Shown here in pieces: positions 9,115 to 16,515 of a stretch of DNA of 64,000 nt (the stretch's first letter is position 1; every line of letters begins with the position of its first letter). A program made the position numbers and the translations under genes. Origin of the DNA: Sphingomonas bacterium (lineage in GTDB: Bacteria; Pseudomonadota; Alphaproteobacteria; Sphingomonadales; Sphingomonadaceae); assembly GCF_028289855.1 (NCBI RefSeq), contig NZ_JAQGKZ010000125.1, positions 677 through 64,676 on the forward strand. The letters run 5' to 3'. A model generated the notes under the pieces. That model was given only the letters and a program-made list of their open reading frames with translations. It searched no databases and had not been told where the DNA came from.

Positions 9115-9380
9115 GCCTCAAGGCTCCGGTGCGCGGCGACCAGCGCCTCGGGCTTGACCCCGATCTCCGCGGCGCACGCGACCAGATCGGGCTCGTGCGC
9201 CTCTAGAAAGCCGAGCAGCGCCGATAAGGTCGCCGGATCGCCCGCCGACGCCTTGAGGTCGGCCGGGGTCAGCCCGGTCACGTCGAGCAGCCGCGACGCG
9301 CGCGCCGGCTCGGCCAGGGTCCATATCAGGGCCTGGAGCGCGAGCATTGCGGGATCGTGGCTGGTGTCTGGCGCGGCCAT
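9111..9380 (-). CDS. DUF3572 domain-containing protein
   Basis: 89 aa. ALQALIWTLAEPARASRLLDVTGLTPADLKA...LLGFLEAHEPDLVACA resembles the DUF3572 family that is commonly found next to divK-like genes. Confidence 0.7.
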   Translation of the reverse strand: MAAPDTSHDPAMLALQALIWTLAEPARASRLLDVTGLTPADLKASAGDPATLSALLGFLEAHEPDLVACAAEIGVKPEALVAAHRSLEA

Positions 9381-9392
9381 TGCTATCTAGGG

Positions 9393-9776
9393 ATGATGGA
9401 GAACGAACTCCCCGTGGCAAAGCGCGTGCTGGTTGTCGAGGACAACGAGCTCAACCTGAAGCTGTTCTGCGACCTGTTGCGCGCGCACGACTTCGCCACC
9501 GAGCCGGTGCGCGACGGGCGCGAGGCGGTGGAAAAGGCGCGCGCGTTCGCGCCCGATTTGATCGTGATGGATATCCAGCTGCCGCATGTCAGCGGGCTGG
9601 AGCTGATCGAGCAGATCAAGGGCGACCTGGCGCTGGGAAGGACGCCGATCATGGCGGTGACCGCCTATGCGGGGCGCGAGGACGAGGACCGGATCAGGGC
9701 GGCGGGGGCCGACGCTTACGTGTCGAAGCCGATTTCGGTGGCGCGTTTCGTCGATGAGGTGAACGCGCTGCTCTGA
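9393..9776 (+). CDS. divK: single-domain response regulator, DivK-like
   Basis: KRVLVVEDNELNLKLFCDLL...DLIVMDIQLP.VSGLE...MAVTAYA...GADAYVSKPISV closely parallels Caulobacter DivK. Receiver domain only. Confidence 0.85.
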   Translation: MMENELPVAKRVLVVEDNELNLKLFCDLLRAHDFATEPVRDGREAVEKARAFAPDLIVMDIQLPHVSGLELIEQIKGDLALGRTPIMAVTAYAGREDEDRIRAAGADAYVSKPISVARFVDEVNALL

Positions 9777-9861
9777 CGATATGGAGGTAAGGAAAAGGCC
9801 GCCGAGCTTGCGCCCGCGGCCCTGGCTACCCGCCTTCGCGGGGATAAATAAGCCTCGCGGC

Positions 9862-10029
9862 TTACTTGATTTTGGTTTCCTTGAACTCGACATGCTTGCG
9901 CACGACGGGATCGTATTTGCGGAACGACAGCTTCTCGGTCTGCGTGCGCGGGTTCTTCTTCGTGACGTAGAAGAAGCCGGTGTCGGCCGAGCTGACGAGC
10001 TTGATCTTGACGGTGGTCGGCTTTGCCAT
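9862..10029 (-). CDS. rpmG: 50S ribosomal protein L33
   Basis: [55 protein letters not shown] (55 aa). ATG at 10029. Confidence 0.95.
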   Translation of the reverse strand: MAKPTTVKIKLVSSADTGFFYVTKKNPRTQTEKLSFRKYDPVVRKHVEFKETKIK

Positions 10030-10140
10030 GACCCAATTCCTGTAAATTGAAATGCAAAAGCGGCGGAGCATGCCGCCGCTTGTCAGGGGCGGGCCAATGC
10101 CGAAGGCCGTGTTGTTTGTCAAGCGCGGGCGCTTGATCGC

Positions 10141-10217
10141 GGCACCGGCCCGCTCCCCCACCCGACCGCCCATCGTAATACTGACTGGCTGGTCGGGTGG
10201 GGGAGCGGGCCGGTGCC
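10141..10217. repeat. long perfect palindromic intergenic element, copy 1
   Basis: 27-nt arms GGCACCGGCCCGCTCCCCCACCCGACC / GGTCGGGTGGGGGAGCGGGCCGGTGCC around a 23-nt loop. A related copy lies at 22480-22557. Confidence 0.8.
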
Positions 10218-10310
10218 GCCTTACACACGCAAGGATGTCACAAACCAGGCTTAACCAACTGTTCACCATTCAGGGCGCACCATCGCGCCAGCGAAATGGG
10301 GGCTGGGGCT

Positions 10311-10616
10311 ATGATGCACGCTCATGACTGCGACCTCGCCGCGCGCGTTGCGCGGCTCGATATCATGGCGGCCCACGTGCGGCCGCGCGATCTCGCCACC
10401 GAAGTCGATGCGATCCGCGCCGCGGCCGAGGCTGCCGGGGTATTGCCCGTCGTCGCGGTGGCGCGGGCGCTCGAAAGCGCGCTGGCGCGCGGCGAGCGCG
10501 GGGTGATCGTGTCGGGCTGGATCGCAATGCTCGGCGAAGCGGTCGGCTGCGGGCGGAGCGACGCGGCGAGCGGCCACGTCTTCCTCGCCGCCGGCGCGAT
10601 ACGGCTGGCCGGATAA
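10311..10616 (+). CDS. hypothetical protein
   Basis: ORF with GC-rich third codon positions, starting MMHAHDCDLAARVARLD. No recognisable motif. The start is uncertain (10296 or 10311). Confidence 0.4.
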   Translation: MMHAHDCDLAARVARLDIMAAHVRPRDLATEVDAIRAAAEAAGVLPVVAVARALESALARGERGVIVSGWIAMLGEAVGCGRSDAASGHVFLAAGAIRLAG

Positions 10617-10620
10617 ACTA

Positions 10621-11178
10621 ATGGACTCGTTGATGGCGGCGCTGGTCGCGGCGCTGCTGATTCGGGCGAGCGACAATTCCGCCGATTTGACCGCGATCGT
10701 CGCCGAACGGTCGAAACGGACCGGCCTCATCCTGTTCGGCGCGTTGATCGCGCTCATCATTACCCAGACCGTCGCGGCGATCGCCGGCATGCTCGTAGCG
10801 CATTACCTGACGCCCAACGCCGCGCGGCTGATGTTCGCCTTTTCGTTGCTGATGGCGAGCGGCGGCGCTGTGTGGCCGCGCAAGCCCGTCAAGCCGGGCA
10901 CTGCCCACCACCCTTTCGTCGCCATCACCAGTAAGCTGATCGCCACGGGGCTCGGCGACCGCACGATGTTCGCGACCTTCGCGGTGGCGGCGGGCGGGGT
11001 GCCGGCATTGGCGGGCGTCGGCGGATTCATCGGCGGGTTCGTCATACTGACCGCCGCGGCGGTCGCGGGCGAGACTTTATGGGGTCAGCGTCCGCGCCGG
11101 GCGATCGACTGGACGATCGGCGGGGTGTTGCTGATCGCGGGCGCGTGGCTGGCATTCTCCGCGTTGCGCTTGATCTAG
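10621..11178 (+). CDS. TMEM165/GDT1 (UPF0016) family membrane protein
   Basis: 185 aa with about 6 TM segments. Second-half motif GLGDRTMFATFAVAA resembles the E-x-G-D-(K/R)-(T/S) signature. Confidence 0.7.
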   Translation: MDSLMAALVAALLIRASDNSADLTAIVAERSKRTGLILFGALIALIITQTVAAIAGMLVAHYLTPNAARLMFAFSLLMASGGAVWPRKPVKPGTAHHPFVAITSKLIATGLGDRTMFATFAVAAGGVPALAGVGGFIGGFVILTAAAVAGETLWGQRPRRAIDWTIGGVLLIAGAWLAFSALRLI

Positions 11179-11990
11179 GGTCCGAGCGTAAGCAGCCACA
11201 GATCGGGCGGCACGCCGAGCCGAACCGGCGGACCGCTGGTGCCCAGACCCGCGGTGACAACGACCGTCCGCGTGCCGTCGCGAATGATGCCGCAGCGATA
11301 GCGCCTGTCATACGGCTGCCGCCCGGGCGACCAGCCGAAGATCCCCACTTGCCCGCAATGCGTATGCCCGGCGAGCAGCACGCTGCCGTCGGGGAGCAGC
11401 GGCACGATGCTCGGCGAATGCGTCAGGAACACGCGGCCGCCGACGAGCGGTTGCAGCGCGGCCAATGTCGCCGGAAGATTGGCGCGCGAGGAAAAGCGGT
11501 CGCCCACCACGCCGATCGCCAGCGGCCCGCGCACGATCGCCTGATTCTCAAGCACGGTAATGCCCGCGCGGCGGAACTCCTCGCGTACCGCCGCCGGGCC
11601 GGTCCAATTGTCGTGGTTGCCGAGCATCGCGATGACGCCGAGCGGCGCCTTCAGCCGTGACAAAGGCGCGATCATCGCCGCGCCGATCGACGCTGCGCTA
11701 TTCGGCCGCGAGCCGTTGATCATGTCGCCGGCGATGAAGACGATATCGGGTTTGAGCGCGTCGATCTGGCCAACGATCCGGTCGAGCCGCGCGGCGTCCA
11801 TCGCAGCCGAGCCAATATGGATGTCGCTGATCAGCACCGCGCGCACCGGCTTCGCCCCCGCCGGCCAGCCCGGAAGCGATAGAGTCGCGGTCCGCACCAC
11901 CGGATCGCGCCGCGCTTCCGCGCGTGCGAAAATATACAGGCCACCCGCTAACAGGACGAGGGCAAGCAGGGCGAGCAGTAGTTTGCGCAT
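11175..11990 (-). CDS. metallophosphoesterase (YaeI-like), N-terminal membrane anchor
   Basis: Motifs SDIHIG, GDMINGS, GNHDNW, GHTHCGQ. Confidence 0.85.
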   Translation of the reverse strand: MRKLLLALLALVLLAGGLYIFARAEARRDPVVRTATLSLPGWPAGAKPVRAVLISDIHIGSAAMDAARLDRIVGQIDALKPDIVFIAGDMINGSRPNSAASIGAAMIAPLSRLKAPLGVIAMLGNHDNWTGPAAVREEFRRAGITVLENQAIVRGPLAIGVVGDRFSSRANLPATLAALQPLVGGRVFLTHSPSIVPLLPDGSVLLAGHTHCGQVGIFGWSPGRQPYDRRYRCGIIRDGTRTVVVTAGLGTSGPPVRLGVPPDLWLLTLGP

Positions 11991-12055
11991 GTGCCGACGG
12001 TAGCGCGGCGCGGCGGCTGGCGGAACTCCCCCGACGCGTCCAAGTTGACGCGGTC

Positions 12056-13642
12056 ATGCACGCTTTCGCGCAGCTTCTCGATTCGCTGATCTACACGCGG
12101 TCGCGCAACGCCAAGCTCAGGCTGATCGGCGATTACCTCAAGGCGACGCCCGATCCCGATCGCGGCTGGGCGATCGCGGCGTTGACCGGCGACCTCGACC
12201 TGCCCGCGGTGAAACCCGCCGTTATCCGGGGGCTGATCGAGGAGCGGGTCGATCCGGTGCTGTTCCGGATGAGCCGCGATTATGTCGGCGACACCGCGGA
12301 GACGGTGGCGCTGTTGTGGCCCGGCGCCGACGATGGCACGGGCGAGCCGTTGTCGGTGTCGAACGTGGTTGATACGCTCAACAGCCTGTCGCGCTCCGAT
12401 GCGCCCGCCGCACTCGCGCAAATGCTCGACCGGATGGATGCCGAGGAGAGGTTTGCGCTGCTCAAGATGGCGACCGGCGCGTTGCGCATCGGCGTCTCCG
12501 CGCGGCTCGCCAAGACCGCGCTCGCCAACGCGTTCGGGGTCGAGGTCGATGCGGTCGAGGAAGTGTGGCACGCGCTTGCGCCGCCGTATGCCGAGCTGTT
12601 CGACTGGGTCGAAGGGCGTGGGGTCCAGCCGACCGCCGCCGACGTGCCGGTGTTCCGCCCGTTCATGCTCGCGCATCCGCTCGAGGAGTTGCGCGTCGAT
12701 TTGAAGGATTATGCCGCCGAGTGGAAATGGGACGGCATCCGCGTGCAGCTGGTGCATGTCGCGGGCGAGACCCGGCTCTACAGCCGCGCGGGCGACGACA
12801 TCACCGGCAGCTTTCCCGACGTGGCGAGCGCGTTCACGACGCCGGGCGTGCTCGACGGCGAGCTGATGGTGAAGGGCGAATTTCAGGGCGGCCAAGAATC
12901 AGGAGGGGCCGCGGCGAGCTTCAACGCGCTGCAGCAACGGCTTGGGCGCAAGATCGTGTCGGGCAAAATGCTCGCCGATTATCCCGCGTTCGTCCGGCTC
13001 TACGATATCCTGTTCGACGGCGTGGAGGATTTGCGCCCGCTGTCCTGGACCGAGCGCCGCGCGCGGCTCGAGGCGTTCGTCCCCGGGCTCGATCCCGACC
13101 GCTTCGACCTCAGCGCGTTGATCGACGCCGCGGATTTCGACGCGCTCGAGGGAATCCGCGCCGGCGCCCGCGACGCGGCGATCGAGGGTGTGATGCTCAA
13201 GCGCCGCGACTCCGATTACGTCGCCGGCCGCCGCACCGGACTGTGGTACAAATGGAAGCGCGACCCGCTGACCGCCGATTGCGTGATGATGTACGCGCAG
13301 CGCGGCAGCGGGCGCCGCTCATCCTATTATTCCGACTATACCTTCGGCTGCTGGACCCCCGAGGGCGAATTGCTGCCGGTAGGCAAGGCCTATTCGGGGA
13401 TCACCGACGAGGAGCTGAAGATGCTCGACGGCTTCGTGCGCAACCATACGCTCAACCGATTCGGCCCGGTGCGCGAGGTCGAGAAGACGCTGGTGCTGGA
13501 AGTCGCATTCGATTCGATCCACGAATCGAAACGCCACAAATCCGGCGTCGCGATGCGCTTCCCGCGGATTCATCGCATCCGCACCGACAAGCCGGCGGCC
13601 GAAGCCGATACGATCGAGGCGCTGAAGCGGCTGATTACGTAA
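12056..13642 (+). CDS. ATP-dependent DNA ligase (ligase-associated DNA damage response type)
   Basis: N-terminus MHAFAQLLDSLIYTRSRNAKLRLIGDYL. Adenylation motif EWKWDGIRVQL. C-terminal OB-fold region ...GVAMRFPRIHRIRTDK. Confidence 0.9.
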   Translation: MHAFAQLLDSLIYTRSRNAKLRLIGDYLKATPDPDRGWAIAALTGDLDLPAVKPAVIRGLIEERVDPVLFRMSRDYVGDTAETVALLWPGADDGTGEPLSVSNVVDTLNSLSRSDAPAALAQMLDRMDAEERFALLKMATGALRIGVSARLAKTALANAFGVEVDAVEEVWHALAPPYAELFDWVEGRGVQPTAADVPVFRPFMLAHPLEELRVDLKDYAAEWKWDGIRVQLVHVAGETRLYSRAGDDITGSFPDVASAFTTPGVLDGELMVKGEFQGGQESGGAAASFNALQQRLGRKIVSGKMLADYPAFVRLYDILFDGVEDLRPLSWTERRARLEAFVPGLDPDRFDLSALIDAADFDALEGIRAGARDAAIEGVMLKRRDSDYVAGRRTGLWYKWKRDPLTADCVMMYAQRGSGRRSSYYSDYTFGCWTPEGELLPVGKAYSGITDEELKMLDGFVRNHTLNRFGPVREVEKTLVLEVAFDSIHESKRHKSGVAMRFPRIHRIRTDKPAAEADTIEALKRLIT

Positions 13643-13645
13643 TTA

Positions 13646-13677
13646 GGGGACCGGCCACAGGAGGAGGGCCGGCCCCC
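13646..13677. terminator. GC-rich hairpin between convergent genes (possible bidirectional terminator)
   Basis: GGGGACCGGCC-loop-GGCCGGCCCC between the ligase stop and the fasciclin stop. No clear U-tract. Confidence 0.35.
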
Positions 13678-13685
13678 CGCTACCA

Positions 13686-14237
13686 CTAGGGCAGCAGCAC
13701 GGTGTCGATGACGTGGATCACGCCGTTCGACTGCATCACGTTGGCGATGGTAATCCTGGCGCGGTCGCCCTTGGCGTCGATCACGACCCAGCCCATCCCG
13801 GCCTTCTTGAAGGTCAGCGTACCGCCCTGGACCGTGGTGTAGGTCGCGGTGCCGCCATTGGCCTTCGCCTTGGCGCCGATCATCGCGGCGGTGATCCGGC
13901 CGGGCACGACGTGATAGGTCAGCACGGCGACCAGTTGATCCTTGTTCTCCGGCTTGAGCAGCGTGTCGACGGTGCCGGCGGGCAGCTTCATGAACGCGGC
14001 ATTGGTCGGCGCGAACACAGTGAACGGCCCCGCGCCCGACAGGGTATCGACGAGCCCGGCGGCCTTGACCGCCGCGACGAGCGTCGTGTGATCCTTCGAA
14101 TTGACCGCATTCTCGACGATGGTCTTGGTCGAATACATTGCGGCGCCGCCGACCATCGGATTCTTCATCGCGGCATAGCCGCCGGTCGCGCCGACCGCGA
14201 GCGTGGCCGCGATCATGATATTACGAACTGCCTTCAT
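13686..14237 (-). CDS. fasciclin (FAS1) domain-containing secreted protein
   Basis: Signal peptide MKAVRNIMIAATLAVGATGGYA. FAS1 blocks GPFTVFAPTNAAF and NGVIHVIDTVLLP. Confidence 0.9.
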   Translation of the reverse strand: MKAVRNIMIAATLAVGATGGYAAMKNPMVGGAAMYSTKTIVENAVNSKDHTTLVAAVKAAGLVDTLSGAGPFTVFAPTNAAFMKLPAGTVDTLLKPENKDQLVAVLTYHVVPGRITAAMIGAKAKANGGTATYTTVQGGTLTFKKAGMGWVVIDAKGDRARITIANVMQSNGVIHVIDTVLLP

Positions 14238-14337
14238 TTCCCTAGCTCCTTCGCACGCGCCTGATTGGCGTTGCGGCGGAGATACGGGCGCGGCGGACGT
14301 ACGGATGCAGGTTCGAAGTGTTGTGGCGCTCAAACAT

Positions 14338-14357
14338 CCTTCCCCGCCAGGGGGAGG
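14338..14357. repeat. short GC hairpin repeat CCTTCCCCGCCAGGGGGAGG
   Basis: It is the reverse complement of the motif at 18628-18648 apart from one extra G in that copy. Both copies are intergenic. Confidence 0.55.
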
Positions 14358-14376
14358 ATGAACAAGGGACGAAGCC

Positions 14377-15072
14377 TTAGGCCAGCGAAATTTTACCGCT
14401 GGCGACGACGGGGCCGGTGGGCTTGCCGGTGGGCGATCCGCCGACGGGCTCGACCGATACCGCAAGCGTCATGCCATCGGTGAGTTGACGGCGCTGATCC
14501 GACGCGAGCGTCATGCGCGACGTCCCGCTGGCCGCAAGCAGCCCCATCGGTTTTGGCACGCCGTCGCCGCCGATCATCCACAGCTGCGCGCTCTTGCCGG
14601 CCGGGGCCATGTCGGCGTGCGGAATGCTCATTTCGCCCGTCGTCATGTCGATCACGGCGGGGACCGAGGCCGATTTGTCGGTCATCATCAACGACGCGAC
14701 CATCATCGTGTGCGGCTGGCCGATCTGCGGGATCGGCAGCGGCGCGGGACCGGGGCGCATCACGAAGAACAAGGCGATCGTCGCGGCCAGCGCGGTGGCG
14801 AGCGCGAGGATCGGCCAGCGGTTGCGCGATTGCGCCGGCGCAGCGGGGGCGGCGAGCCGCGCGGCGACCGCATCGGGCGCCACGACCTCGCGATAGTCGT
14901 CGAACAAGCCCCCTAGCCGCTCGCGCCAGCCTTCGACCTCGCGTGCGAACGCTGGGTCCGCGAGCATACGGCGCAACGCGGCGGCGCGCTCGTCGCCCTC
15001 GAGCAACCCCAGCGCCAGCTCGGCGGCGGTCATGTCGGGATCGGGCCCGAGGTCGGATGGCTCAGTAGTCAC
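14377..15072 (-). CDS. anti-sigma factor, RskA-like
   Basis: N-terminus ...MTAAELALGLLEGDERAAALRR. Central TM segment. C-terminus QLWMIGGDGVPKPMGLL...AVSVEPVGGSPTGKPTGPVVASG is typical of the anti-sigma-K domain. An alternative start lies at 15033. Confidence 0.8.
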   Translation of the reverse strand: MTTEPSDLGPDPDMTAAELALGLLEGDERAAALRRMLADPAFAREVEGWRERLGGLFDDYREVVAPDAVAARLAAPAAPAQSRNRWPILALATALAATIALFFVMRPGPAPLPIPQIGQPHTMMVASLMMTDKSASVPAVIDMTTGEMSIPHADMAPAGKSAQLWMIGGDGVPKPMGLLAASGTSRMTLASDQRRQLTDGMTLAVSVEPVGGSPTGKPTGPVVASGKISLA

Positions 15073-15670
15073 CGATGCATCCTTTAAGCTGCTGCAAGCC
15101 CCGGCGCACCCAGCTCTTCATCGTGCCCAGCGGCACGCCCTTGGCGTCAGCCAGTTCGGCATAGGTCATCCCGTCGAAGAACGCGGTGCGGATCGCGTCG
15201 CGCTGGCGCCCGTGGAGCGCGTCGAGGCAATCGTGGAGCCGGCGCGAGGTTTCGTCGCGTTGTGCGATGACTAGCTGGTCGGGTGTCTCGTCGGCCATGT
15301 CGGCTGCCTCCTCGATCGGTCGCGTCGGGCGAGCGCCACGCGCGCGCACCCAATCGATCGCGCGGTTGCGCGCGATCGTCGCGAGCCACGAAATCGGGCT
15401 GGCGCGCCCCGGCTCGAACGCCCCCGCCCGTTTCCAGATCGTCAGATACACCTCGTGCAACACATCCTCCGCGGCCGACCGCTCGCCGCAGATACGCAGG
15501 CAAATGCCGAAAAGCTTCGCCGACGTGAGCCTGTAGACTTCCTGGAAGGCGCCGCGGTCCTCGGCCCCGACGCGTTCGAGCGCGGCACACAGACGCGCGC
15601 GGGCTTCGGCAGGATCGGGGGAGGGGTCTCGCACGACACGGCGACTAGACGTTTGCCGCCGTCTGGGCAA
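15062..15670 (-). CDS. ECF-type RNA polymerase sigma factor (SigK-like)
   Basis: Region 2 HEVYLTIWKRAGAFEP...SWLATIARNRAIDWVR. Region 4 MTYAELADAKGVPLGTMKSWVRRGL. The start is uncertain (TTG at 15670 or GTG at 15634). Confidence 0.85.
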   Translation of the reverse strand: MPRRRQTSSRRVVRDPSPDPAEARARLCAALERVGAEDRGAFQEVYRLTSAKLFGICLRICGERSAAEDVLHEVYLTIWKRAGAFEPGRASPISWLATIARNRAIDWVRARGARPTRPIEEAADMADETPDQLVIAQRDETSRRLHDCLDALHGRQRDAIRTAFFDGMTYAELADAKGVPLGTMKSWVRRGLQQLKGCIGDY

Positions 15671-15681
15671 TCGACGGATCG

Positions 15682-16515
15682 ATGACCCCTGCCGCCCTCG
15701 CTCCGCTGTTGATGATCGCTTCGGGCTCGATCCATGCGGTGGTCAATGCGATCGTCAAGGGCGGTCGTGACAAGATGGCGTCGCGCGCGGTGACCGACGG
15801 GTCTTCCGCGATCCTGCTGCTGCCAGCGCTGCTGTTGGTGCCGTTGCCGCACGGTGCGTGGTGGTGGCTCGCGGCGACCGCGGTGACGCACGGTTTCTAT
15901 CTCTACGCGCTGATCCGCGCCTATCAGGTCAGCGACTTGTCGGCGTCGTATCCGGTGCTGCGCGGCACCGCGCCGCTGGTCACCGCCGCGGTGACGATCG
16001 GCATCCTCGGCGAGCATGTCTCGACCGCCGACATTGCCGGGATTGCGCTGATCGGCGGGTCGATGTTCGCATTGGTGATGGGTCGGCACCTCGGGCGCGC
16101 CGCGCTCGGCTGGTCGCTCGCGACCGGCCTGTCGATCGCGGCCTATACGGTGATCGACGCGGCGGGGGTGCGCGCGGCGCCGACGCCGTTCAGCTATATC
16201 GTCTGGCTGTTCGTCGTGATGGGGGCGTTCACCGTGACGATGTTCGCGATTCTATCGAAGGGCGCGCTGTTCGGCGCGGCGCGCGCGCAGTGGCGGCCCG
16301 GCGCGATCGCCGGGGCGCTGTCGATCGTGACGTACGGCCTTGCGCTCTATGCGCTGTCGATCGGCCCGACCGCGCCGCTCGCGGCGTTGCGCGAAACGGG
16401 GATGGTGACCGCGCTGGTGATCGCGATCGTCTTTCTCAAAGAGCGCGTGACTCAAGGACGCGGCGTCGCAGTGCTCGGCATCCTCGCCGGCGCCGCGCTA
16501 ATTCTGGCAGGTTAG
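15682..16515 (+). CDS. DMT (EamA-like) family transporter
   Basis: 277 aa with about 10 TM helices in a two-repeat architecture. Confidence 0.75.
   Translation: MTPAALAPLLMIASGSIHAVVNAIVKGGRDKMASRAVTDGSSAILLLPALLLVPLPHGAWWWLAATAVTHGFYLYALIRAYQVSDLSASYPVLRGTAPLVTAAVTIGILGEHVSTADIAGIALIGGSMFALVMGRHLGRAALGWSLATGLSIAAYTVIDAAGVRAAPTPFSYIVWLFVVMGAFTVTMFAILSKGALFGAARAQWRPGAIAGALSIVTYGLALYALSIGPTAPLAALRETGMVTALVIAIVFLKERVTQGRGVAVLGILAGAALILAG

Noticed and set aside
12564-12580. TGGCAC-GCGC-TTGC resembling a sigma-54 -24/-12 promoter.
   Set aside because: The spacing is 4 nt rather than 5. It lies inside the ligase coding sequence, and no gene lies downstream that it could serve.
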